Assembly: GCA_029856435.1 (NCBI GenBank) | Contig: JAHQXB010000131.1 | Coordinates: 1-15,726, forward strand | Direction of reading: 5' to 3' | DNA: 15,726 bases | Source: Candidatus Jordarchaeia archaeon | GTDB taxonomy: Archaea > Asgardarchaeota > Jordiarchaeia > Jordiarchaeales > Jordiarchaeaceae | Shown: positions 1-6,989 of the stretch, piece after piece | How the letters are laid out: the number at the start of each line of letters is the position of its first letter | How positions within the stretch are numbered: the first letter of the stretch is position 1 | The notes under the pieces: model-generated | Databases searched by the model: none | Told to the model about the DNA's origin: nothing | What the model saw: the letters and a program-made list of their open reading frames with translations, nothing else | Position numbers and translations under genes: made by a program

Positions 1-724
1 TCTCAGCAGTCTGTGCAATCCTTTTGGCCTCTTCCAGAGTAATACCCCCCTCAAAGAAGTCACTACCATTCATTCTGCAAATAATGGGAAAATCTTTTCC
101 CACCTTCTCCCTTATTCTCTCAATTATCTCGACTAGAAATCTTGTTCTCCCCTCAAAATTCCCCCCATACTTGTCCCTCCGCAGATTCGTTAATGGGGAT
201 AAAAACTGATTAATCAAATATCCATGAGCAGCGTGTATCTCCACCGCATCAAATCCCGCAACCTTTATCCTCCTTGCAGCCTCTCCAAAAGCCTCAATAG
301 TTTCTTCTATTTCCTCAAGAGTCATGGGGCGGGGAGTCTCCCTAACCAGCATACAGGGAACATCAGAAGCGGAAACGGGCTGCGCTCCAATAATCATTGA
401 GGAAACCTGTCTCCCACAATGAAAAAGCTGAATTGCAGCCTTAGCCCCCTCAGCCTTAATGGCTTCCGCGAGTCTACTCAAACCCTGAATCTTATTATCA
501 TCGATGAGACTCAGCTGCAGAATCGAACCCTTCCCTAGAGGATGAACATAAGCGCCCTCAACAATCACCAGTCCTACCCCACCCCGGGCACGCTCCCTAT
601 AGTAATCTATGATGCGTTGAGTCACCGAGCCATCCTCAGCCGCAAAATTTGTACCCATCGGCGGCATAACCAACCGGTTCCTAAGAACCATATTTCCAAT
701 GGTGACAGGCTCAAACAACTTCAT
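1..724 (-). CDS. NADH:flavin oxidoreductase, old yellow enzyme family (FadH/BaiCD-like); runs off the left window edge
   Basis: Not in the ORF track (no stop in window). Manual translation from ATG 724 is open for 241 codons: MKLFEPVTIGNMVLRNRLVMPPMGTN...ERARGGVGLVIVE...IQLFHCGR...AGFDAVEIHAAHGYLINQFLSPLTNLRRDKYGGNFEGRTRF, all hallmark OYE motifs. GGTGA RBS just upstream. Confidence 0.95.
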   Translation of the reverse strand, partial: MKLFEPVTIGNMVLRNRLVMPPMGTNFAAEDGSVTQRIIDYYRERARGGVGLVIVEGAYVHPLGKGSILQLSLIDDNKIQGLSRLAEAIKAEGAKAAIQLFHCGRQVSSMIIGAQPVSASDVPCMLVRETPRPMTLEEIEETIEAFGEAARRIKVAGFDAVEIHAAHGYLINQFLSPLTNLRRDKYGGNFEGRTRFLVEIIERIREKVGKDFPIICRMNGSDFFEGGITLEEAKRIAQTAE

Positions 725-761
725 TTACACTCACCACTCAGTTAATGTAAAAACACACTTC

Positions 762-774
762 CTTAAACATTTTT
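762..774 (-). promoter_or_regulatory. Putative BRE/TATA promoter of the OYE gene
   Basis: Minus strand reads AAAAATGTTTAAG about 40 nt upstream of ATG 724; the same AAAATGTTTA context occurs upstream of ssb. Confidence 0.45.
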
Positions 775-1271
775 GGATTAACCAAACCCCAAACCGAACA
801 TGTATCAATTCGTGGCTGAATAAAGTCACAAAGGCGCTGGCGGTATTAATTGTCATCATCGATGATAGAGGAAAGATACAATTCATAAGACTGTTAAAAA
901 ATTAGAATAGGGAATATATATTTGCGTAAAAATAAATAATCAGGAAAAATCAACGTTTGCACGAAACCTACCAGACTCACATATTTGAGGCAAAAACGTG
1001 TTTCGCATCGAACTATATACGTTGTTAAAACTGCCTCTATTTTGGAATAAAGCTTGTTAACCTGAGAAACTTCCAAAAGTTAACATTAAAGAAAAACCAT
1101 TAAACCCCTCATTCCCCAAAAACAACCACACATACATATGCCGTGCAGCCGACTCCAGCTAAGCCCGGAATGCGGAAGGCTCGAAAAAGCCCAAAAGAGG
1201 GCAAGGCCCCAACTGGGAACATTCTCCCCACCGAAAGCAATGGAGATGTGTCTGCTTCAACAGTTCCCCCA

Positions 1272-1450
1272 GGCGATGGATTCGCAAAATCTCGTGTTTT
1301 TGGGCCTTTTTTTGGCTCTTCTCAAAACTGTTTCTCACCACTTAAGTGGGATGGAAATATTAAAAATTGAGGAAAAACACCGATAAAACCATAAATTATC
1401 AGGAACACAACGGCAAAAAACCATAGAAAAGATCCTGCGAATCTATCGCC
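1272..1450. mobile_element. Non-autonomous MITE-like element, 179 bp, 15-bp terminal inverted repeats
   Basis: Left GGCGATGGATTCGCA (1272-1286) and right TGCGAATCTATCGCC (1436-1450) match 14/15 as an inverted repeat. 1272-1390 matches 15608-15726 at 114/119 nt. No transposase ORF; no target-site duplication found. Confidence 0.75.
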
Positions 1451-1516
1451 GGGGCGAAAGCCCCATGAGACTGGGGGAGAAAGACCAAGTTACACAAGGT
1501 TAACGCTGGGTCAGAA
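1451..1516 (-). repeat. Outer repeat segment, inverted copy of 15539-15607
   Basis: Reverse complement TTCTGACCCAGCGTTAACCTTGTGTAACTT...CATGGGG aligns with 15539 TTCTGACCCAGCGTTAACCTTGCGTAACTT...CATGGGG (29/30 in the first 30 nt). Confidence 0.8.
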
Positions 1517-1530
1517 TGGTTAAACTATGG

Positions 1531-1581
1531 ATATTGTCACTCCCCGCGACTAAAAGTCGGGGGCTGTCTCGCCAACAGCTT
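1531..1581 (+). mobile_element. Solo IS200/IS605-type subterminal hairpin, copy 1
   Basis: CTCCCC-GC-GACT-AAA-AGTC-GGGGG bulged hairpin followed by CTGTCTCGCCAAC, resembling IS200/IS605 (TnpB/IscB) end hairpins of the CCCC..CTAAAG..GGGG type; 45/51 identical to 8819-8869. Confidence 0.6.
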
Positions 1582-1590
1582 TGTAAGGGA

Positions 1591-1759
1591 ATAATTCTGA
1601 GGGAAATAGAACAGATGCCAGAAGATCTCCTGAAAGAGATACTAGGCTTCGTTAGGTTCCTGAAAACTAAGAGGGATTTGAATTTACTATTTTAAGCGAG
1701 TCTCTATTGAAGAAGGACTGGCTTCGACCAGAGGAGGATGAAGCTTGCAAGATTTGTGA
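1591..1759 (+). pseudogene. DUF2281-family antitoxin pseudogene (5' end lost, two frameshifts)
   Basis: IILREIEQMPEDLLKEILGFVRFLKTKR (stop 1693-1695), then in a shifted frame LSESLLKKDWLRPEEDEA; this matches the remembered DUF2281 pattern ...LSESSLKKDWLRPEEDEAWQDL. Original stop TGA at 1757-1759. Confidence 0.75.
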
Positions 1760-2060
1760 AGGGTGATGTGGTTGTTGTCCCCTCCCCTTCTCAAATTTGA
1801 CTCAGGCTAAACTTCCTGCCCTTGTCCTGACAACATTGCTTGGCGATGATCTTTTTCTTTTCCAAATAACCAGGTAAATAATAAGTGACCAATATGTTGT
1901 TCCGATTGATGATTCTGGTTTTGAAACAGGCTACCTAAGACGGAAAAGCAACATTCGACCAAATCGAGTTGTCATAGCTGAGGGTAGTATTATCCTTTAT
2001 CTAGTGGGGCGTCTAAAATCAGATAAAACTAGAGTTATTAAAAAACTTGAATTCTTTAAC
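1745..2060 (+). pseudogene. MazF/PemK-family toxin pseudogene
   Basis: RFVKGDVVVVP(S)P, frameshift near 1787, then FSNLTQAKLPALVLTTLLGDDLFLFQITR*(1875-1877)IISDQYVVPIDDSGFETGYLRRKSNIRPNRVVIAEGSIILYLVGRLKSDK. Recognisable PemK motifs KGDVVxVPFPFS, RPALV, QITS, SxIRPN; overlaps the antitoxin end as in TA operons. Confidence 0.8.
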
Positions 2061-2199
2061 AATAAAAACTGTCCGCAGCAGAATACAAGTTTCAGAATTA
2101 CGCGTCTTGGCACTCCTCTCAGATATTGTATGGGGAGGAGGTAAACAAAAATGGTTAAAGGTAGGTACCATTTTTTCAACTATTAGTCAACTTACTATT

Positions 2200-3411
2200 T
2201 TAGGGGCCTATGTGTCCACGGCTGGTTTGAACAATCACTTTTTTCAGTCCGGCTGCCTCCAGTGTTTTTTTGACTTTTTTCATTTCTTCGGGTGTTGGTT
2301 GGATAATATCCCTTTTTCTGAATTCTGGTCTATAATCTAATCCACACACCTGTATTTCGGGGTTAATGTCCGCAATTTTTAATCCCATTTCGTAAATCTC
2401 GTCCATGTTGGGGTGGATGAATTTGTTGTATGGGATTCCCACCCCCATGAAAACTTTTTCTGGATAATAGTTGTCCGCTATGTATTTTACCGCCTCCCAA
2501 GAGGTTTCCAGATACTTTTCAGCCAATTCCCGATCCTCAATGTTGGTCAGTTTCTGGAAGGTCTCCACTCTTAGCGCCTTTAGGTCGGGGCCAATGTCTG
2601 TAACTCCCACTTCTATGAGGTCGTCTATGCGTTTCCTCGTCAGAACAGTGGCGTTGGTGTCAAGGTGGAGGCGGGCTCGAGAATCAGGGTTCAACCTTTT
2701 AAGTTCCCTAAAATATTCTAAGAGCCACCTGTGGTTTAGTGTTGCCTCTCCCCCACTTATAGCCATTCTGTCAACGTGGAAACGTTTACGCATATAGGTG
2801 AGATTCGCAGCAGCCTCCGTGGGTGTGAGAGGCAAACCCGAACTGTTATAAGTAACATGATAGTTCTGACAAGTTCCACAGCGCAGGTTGCATCCCGCAA
2901 CAAAAGCCGCCACCTCAATGTAACCTATGCCCATTTTAAGCCAGTAAGGGGTCCCAACACCTCCAACACTATGAGGAGAGAAGCCCTCCACTATTCTGTA
3001 GGGGGTTCTTCCCTCAACAGCTGTTTCAATAATCATACCGTTTTCCACCCCTACATGGCAGGACGGTTTCAATTCGCCGTTTATGATAATGGAGCAGCTG
3101 TAGCATCCCCCCGTATTACAGGGAGCGAATAAAGCGTCTTTCTCTGGAAATCTGGTGAATCTGTATCCCGCTTGTTCAAGTGCCCTCTTAACAGTAATTC
3201 TCTCTGGAACTTCAAACTCTAAACCATCAATGACAATTCTGCACTTATCTCTGGGTTGAGTGTCTGATACTGGTTTTCGAGCATCATAAGGGCAACCGAG
3301 AAAACACGACTCACAGCCAATGCAACACTTGGGACTGGGACAATGGATAACTGTTTCACAAAAACCACAATCTACACATCTCTCTCTATCCCTAACATAC
3401 CTGATAAACAT
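2200..3411 (-). CDS. Radical SAM protein (PflA/activating-enzyme-like) with N-terminal 4Fe-4S ferredoxin and 2Fe-2S-like domains
   Basis: CxxxCxxC motif CNLRCGTC, ISGGEATL (GGE motif), LDTNAT. N-terminus has CVDCGFC...CP, CIGCESCFLGCP and CNTGGCYSC...SC. Start moved from 3429 to ATG 3411 because GGAGG lies at 3422-3418. Confidence 0.92.
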   Translation of the reverse strand: MFIRYVRDRERCVDCGFCETVIHCPSPKCCIGCESCFLGCPYDARKPVSDTQPRDKCRIVIDGLEFEVPERITVKRALEQAGYRFTRFPEKDALFAPCNTGGCYSCSIIINGELKPSCHVGVENGMIIETAVEGRTPYRIVEGFSPHSVGGVGTPYWLKMGIGYIEVAAFVAGCNLRCGTCQNYHVTYNSSGLPLTPTEAAANLTYMRKRFHVDRMAISGGEATLNHRWLLEYFRELKRLNPDSRARLHLDTNATVLTRKRIDDLIEVGVTDIGPDLKALRVETFQKLTNIEDRELAEKYLETSWEAVKYIADNYYPEKVFMGVGIPYNKFIHPNMDEIYEMGLKIADINPEIQVCGLDYRPEFRKRDIIQPTPEEMKKVKKTLEAAGLKKVIVQTSRGHIGP

Positions 3412-3589
3412 TGATTTCCTCCAATTCATAGTTTCAAAAAATGTATCCTCTCTCTGTTACCTAAATAAAACACTCTTAGAAAATAAATTTTTATTAGAAA
3501 TCCTTCTCGCGATAAAGCGCTAAAATGGCAGGGGAAAATGAGGCTAAATCTGATAACAAAAAATTAGGATAAATAAATTTTTACTATCC

Positions 3590-3632
3590 AAAAAAAGGGA
3601 AGAGGAGATTTCAATTAATATCCCCTTTTCCC
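3590..3632 (-). terminator. Hairpin plus U7 terminator downstream of ssb
   Basis: Minus strand GGGAAAAGGGGAT...ATCTCCTCTTCCC (about 12 bp stem, one mismatch, one G-U) immediately followed by TTTTTTT. Confidence 0.7.
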
Positions 3633-3685
3633 ACCCCAAGCACGTACTAACGTCATCTAGGATGGAATGGTGGATAACCAATTAA

Positions 3686-4162
3686 TTAATATCCTCTTCT
3701 ACTACCCCTATCTCTACCATGAGACCTATCTCTACGGTATGGTCTGGATCCATATCTGGAGCCTGTGTCGCCATACCTCGGCCTGTATCTCTGTTCCTGC
3801 TCATAAACCTTGTCCGAGAGGTTATTCTCATTGTTTATCTCTATATCTTCTCCGCCCTCTACTTCCTCGAGGCTACCGTACCTGCCAACATTCAGTCTCA
3901 AAGAGCCTTTAAAAATGCTGGTGTAACCGTTACTCAGCTTATAGATGTGGCCCTCTTCCACCTTGTCAATGTCATCATTCCAGAGGGTTAAAAGAATGCT
4001 TCCCGAACTATCACCCACCAAGGCTTCAGTAACCCTGTTAGTCTCACCGCTCTGCCTCGATACAACCTGTCTCTCTTCATTTAAAGACGCGCATTTAAAT
4101 GTTAAATTTACACTCTTAAGACCTGGTTTTAAATTCTCAACAACTAAATCTTGTGATTCCAT
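3686..4162 (-). CDS. ssb: Single-stranded DNA-binding protein, single OB fold (crenarchaeal SSB type) with Arg/Tyr/Gly-rich tail
   Basis: VENLKPGLKSVNL...EALVGDSSGSILLTLWN...NGYTSIFKGSLRLNVGRYG parallels Sulfolobus SSB (NLKPNMESVNV...EAIVGDETGRVKLTLWG...NAWTTAFKGQVQLNAGS). Confidence 0.9.
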   Translation of the reverse strand: MESQDLVVENLKPGLKSVNLTFKCASLNEERQVVSRQSGETNRVTEALVGDSSGSILLTLWNDDIDKVEEGHIYKLSNGYTSIFKGSLRLNVGRYGSLEEVEGGEDIEINNENNLSDKVYEQEQRYRPRYGDTGSRYGSRPYRRDRSHGRDRGSRRGY

Positions 4163-4263
4163 TTCTACTCATCTTTCTAAACAGACTTTAAAATAGAAAA
4201 AAAGCCGAAAGCCAAAAAGTGGCCCCAGTTATTTTTCTATTGTTATTAGCCCCGTAGCCCACC

Positions 4264-4278
4264 TATATAAACATTTTC
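4264..4278 (-). promoter_or_regulatory. BRE/TATA upstream of ssb
   Basis: Minus strand GAAAATG-TTTATATA; a second weaker TATA-like TTTTAAAG lies at 4193-4186. Confidence 0.55.
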
Positions 4279-4494
4279 AAAAAAATTTTCGGGCAAGTCT
4301 ATTTTCAGTATTTGGCTATTTGGAGATGTTTATGTGACTCTAATAAATAGGCTGGCGAACACTGAAAGGAGGCTCATTTTCACGCTGCCTACAAAAAGGG
4401 CAAAGGCTTTTGAGTACCCAAAAAGGAACTTATTATGTCTAAATTATTCTTTGGAACATGAACTGCCAAAAATGCAAGTTTCACACCTTTCTGT

Positions 4495-5277
4495 TTAACT
4501 GGTTGAAGTTTGGCCTCCTTCGATTGCCTCTCTCAGTGCATATGTAAATCTTAAGGCCTTTAATCCCCTTACGGTGATTAGGTATTTGCCTTGGGGCTTT
4601 TCTTGATTAACATAGCCTGCTTGAATGAGGTTATTTAGGTGGAATTGTAGGTGGCCGCCCCTTATGCCCATTTGGCGTTCTAACTGGGCAAAATTCTTTC
4701 CGCCCTTCTCCAAGTTTTTGAGAATCTTTAAACGCGTCACGTTGGAGAGGGGTGCCAATAGTTCACATATTTCCTCCTCTTTAATCTCCACGAAACGAGA
4801 CCTGCCTTGGGGCGAATAAACAGTGGTAAGCTTTGCAGATTCTTTACTGGAGGCCTCTAATATTTCTTCCAAGCCTTTAAATGTGTTGATGGCGTTTTTG
4901 AAACATGTTTCATCGGGACATTTTATCTCACCAGAATGCCTAGTGGCGGCGTTAACGTGGTATTTTACCTGCTCAATTGCTGACTTGGTTCCCTGCTCCA
5001 TAAAGGCGCGGAGCACCATGGAGGCCGCCTTTTCAACCCTCCTAGTGCACCAATCCTTGATGCTGCATTCTGGGTTTCTCTCCCTTAGGAACTTTTCCAC
5101 GTTTTCGTTCGTTTTCAGGGTTAATTTGGCCAGACACTCTCTTTCAATCTCTCTCCTGGTTACTGTTTCAAGGGTAGTTTTCATGCTTAGGATGAGGTCC
5201 TGTAAATTTGTGATGTTTCTGTTAATTTCCGCCAATTTTTCAGCGATTTCCACACCTTTTTTCCCAGTTTTGCTCAT
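4495..5277 (-). CDS. ArsR-like winged-HTH transcriptional regulator with long Cys-containing N-terminal domain
   Basis: C-terminal LAPLSNVTRLKILKNLEKGGKNFAQLERQMGIRGGHLQFHLNNLIQAGYV...GKYLIT is an ArsR/HTH_20-like wHTH. N-terminal ~165 aa is coiled-coil-like; Cys at 48, 71, 77, 120, 125 and 171. Confidence 0.88.
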   Translation of the reverse strand: MSKTGKKGVEIAEKLAEINRNITNLQDLILSMKTTLETVTRREIERECLAKLTLKTNENVEKFLRERNPECSIKDWCTRRVEKAASMVLRAFMEQGTKSAIEQVKYHVNAATRHSGEIKCPDETCFKNAINTFKGLEEILEASSKESAKLTTVYSPQGRSRFVEIKEEEICELLAPLSNVTRLKILKNLEKGGKNFAQLERQMGIRGGHLQFHLNNLIQAGYVNQEKPQGKYLITVRGLKALRFTYALREAIEGGQTSTS

Positions 5278-5304
5278 CTTTGGTACTCTCCGATGCTATA
5301 TTCA

Positions 5305-5350
5305 GCTATAGTACTATATAAATATATAGTAAATTCAATAAATTTATATA
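5305..5350. promoter_or_regulatory. Bidirectional promoter/operator, copy 1
   Basis: GCTATAGTACTATATAAATATATAGTAAATTCAATAAATTTATATA. TTTATATA on minus (5322-5315) sits 38 nt before the regulator start and on plus (5343-5350) about 37-46 nt before the Fe-S gene. Contains palindromes TATAGTACTATA and ACTATATA-aa-TATATAGT. 45/46 identical to 6900-6945. Confidence 0.8.
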
Positions 5351-5386
5351 TTAAATAAGAGGATGTGAATCCAAACGTTCCAGTAG

Positions 5387-6487
5387 GTGATCCTTTTGAG
5401 TGAAGATGTTTACGAGCGCTTAAGACAGAAGATAAATCGGTGGCCTTTAAAGGCTCCCAAGAGTAAGGACATGATTAAAATTTTAAGTATAGCCTACACT
5501 CCTGAGGAGGCTGAACTGGTCTCATCTGCCTTCAACGCCCCCTATGTCGAAGCGAAGACCATAGAACAGGTGGCTAAGGAGACGAGAAACGATGCAGCCT
5601 ACGTTAAAACTGTTTTTGAGAGACTGGCAGACAAGGGCTTGCTATTCGAGTTCACCAGCAGCAAAGATAACATGACATACTACACCATGCTACCTTATGT
5701 CCCCGGAATCTTCGAAATTCACATGAACGATGGAGTAATGACAGACGAGAAGAGGGAATTCGCCAGACTCCACGAGAAGCATTACTCCCACTGGGGATAC
5801 GAATTAGGATCCTCGAACTACCCCCTATCGAGAGTGATTCCTGTAGAGGAGAAACTCGATACCAGAACCGAAATCTTACCCTTCGAAAGAGTAAGCAAGC
5901 TCATTGAAGATGCACGAAGCATAGCAGTAAACCCCTGCGCCTGCAGGCTTGCGGCAAACAAGTGTGATAAGCCTCTAGAAGTATGCTTCACCTTCGACCG
6001 ATTCGCCGACTTCATGGTCAAGCACCGCAACGGCAGACACGTAACAAAGGAAGAAGCTTTGGAAATCCTCAAAAAAGCAGAAGATGCGGGCCTAGTCCAC
6101 ACCATGGTCAACCATCAGGAGAAACCAACCCTCATCTGCAACTGCTGCACAGACTGCTGCTTAGTCCTGAGAGGCATCTCAGAACTTCACAACCCTAGAA
6201 CCCTCGCCAAGTCGAACTTCATGCCAAAAATAGATGAAGAAGCCTGCCGCCTCTGCGAAACCTGCATCAAATGGTGCCCCTTCCACGCGCTCTACCACCA
6301 CTATCCTCACACGGAAGACCTATCCGACGACAGAATAATGATTCTTGAGGAAAGATGTATAGGATGCGGGATATGCTCCCACAAGTGTCCCCATAACGCC
6401 ATAACCTTGGTGCGGGTGAGGGAAGAAATCCCCGAGAAGACTATGCGAGACGCTATGATAAGGAGTGAGTCCGAGAAAATTCATTAA
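5387..6487 (+). CDS. Fe-S protein: N-terminal HTH-like region, central CxCR / CNCCxxCC region, C-terminal 2x[4Fe-4S] ferredoxin
   Basis: Motifs CACR, CDKPLEVC, ICNCCTDCC, CRLCETCIKWCP and CIGCGICSHKCP. The GTG at 5387 lies inside the AGGTGA RBS, so TTG 5396 (MSEDVYERL) may be the true start. Confidence 0.88.
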   Translation: MILLSEDVYERLRQKINRWPLKAPKSKDMIKILSIAYTPEEAELVSSAFNAPYVEAKTIEQVAKETRNDAAYVKTVFERLADKGLLFEFTSSKDNMTYYTMLPYVPGIFEIHMNDGVMTDEKREFARLHEKHYSHWGYELGSSNYPLSRVIPVEEKLDTRTEILPFERVSKLIEDARSIAVNPCACRLAANKCDKPLEVCFTFDRFADFMVKHRNGRHVTKEEALEILKKAEDAGLVHTMVNHQEKPTLICNCCTDCCLVLRGISELHNPRTLAKSNFMPKIDEEACRLCETCIKWCPFHALYHHYPHTEDLSDDRIMILEERCIGCGICSHKCPHNAITLVRVREEIPEKTMRDAMIRSESEKIH

Positions 6488-6510
6488 TTTAAGCCTTCTA
6501 ATCACTTAAT

Positions 6511-6520
6511 CCTTTTTTTT
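6511..6520 (+). terminator. Archaeal oligo-T terminator
   Basis: CCTTTTTTTT (T8) about 25 nt after stop 6487. Confidence 0.5.
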
Positions 6521-6539
6521 GAAAGTCTTGTAAACCAAA

Positions 6540-6623
6540 TTTGAAAATATACCCGAAGCTGATATTTATGAGAAATTGAGGGAAAAATTGAATATGCTTC
6601 CCGTAAGGGTCCTGAAGGCATAG
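6540..6623 (+). pseudogene. N-terminal stub of a paralog of the 5387 Fe-S protein
   Basis: FENIPEADIYEKLREKLNMLPVRVLKA* aligns with SEDVYERLRQKINRWPLKAPKS (DxYExLRxKxNxxP). Confidence 0.6.
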
Positions 6624-6899
6624 TGTTGTGGAGTAGGTGTGAAATAGCATGAAGGGCAACAGGGAAACCAATTAAATTTGCAATGACTCTCAGAGATTAA
6701 CTGGTAGACAGAAAAACGCGTGCTTAACCAATACCGAATCCACAACTTTTTCGATAGAAAAACAATAACTCTTAGTTTTCATATCTAGTTGTGTGCGAAG
6801 CGCTAATAGCTCCTTCACCTTCGCTACCTGTGGCATAATCTTAAATTTGCAAGGAAGCTTCTGTGAGCCGTTCCGAGTATCCCTGGTTTCCTATACTCC

Positions 6900-6945
6900 G
6901 CTATAGTACTATATAAATATATAGTAAATTAAATAAATTTATATA
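6900..6945. promoter_or_regulatory. Promoter/operator, copy 2 (upstream of DUF169 gene)
   Basis: GCTATAGTACTATATAAATATATAGTAAATTAAATAAATTTATATA, one mismatch to 5305-5350; TATA 6938-6945 lies 45 nt before ATG 6990. Confidence 0.8.
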
Positions 6946-6989
6946 CAACATGGGAGCAAGGTAATTCAGTCTTAATAGGCCGTGATGCC

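Noticed and set aside
855-866. Perfect 12-bp palindrome ATCATCGATGAT upstream of the OYE gene
   Set aside because: It is a single occurrence about 130 bp from the start with no second copy in a promoter; it could be chance.
780-1135. AT-rich gap with ORFs 699-905 and 894-1076
   Set aside because: No recognisable protein motif, RBS or repeat; left unannotated.
1272-1290. GGCGATGGATTCGC resembles the 5' end of a fluoride (crcB) riboswitch
   Set aside because: It is the terminal inverted repeat of the MITE, copy 2 has GATAG instead of GATGG, and the downstream GCUGAUGA-x-x-CUAC pseudoknot strand is missing.
1138-1386. ORFs of 60-91 aa over the repeat (1138-1386, 1143-1370, 1159-1341, 15447-15722, 15467-15661)
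   Set aside because: They are translations of the non-coding repeat, with different N-termini between copies and no transposase motifs.
3481-3583. AAATAAATTTTTA repeated 90 bp apart, and AATTAATATCC repeated at about 3614 and 3684
   Set aside because: These are short AT-rich matches, explained by promoter-like composition and the terminator stem; no evidence for an array or target-site duplication.
4322-4392. GGAGATG...GCCTAC, a second fluoride-riboswitch look-alike
   Set aside because: It lacks GAUGG and the GCU(G/A)AUGA core, pairing is poor, and no fluoride-related gene lies downstream on that strand.
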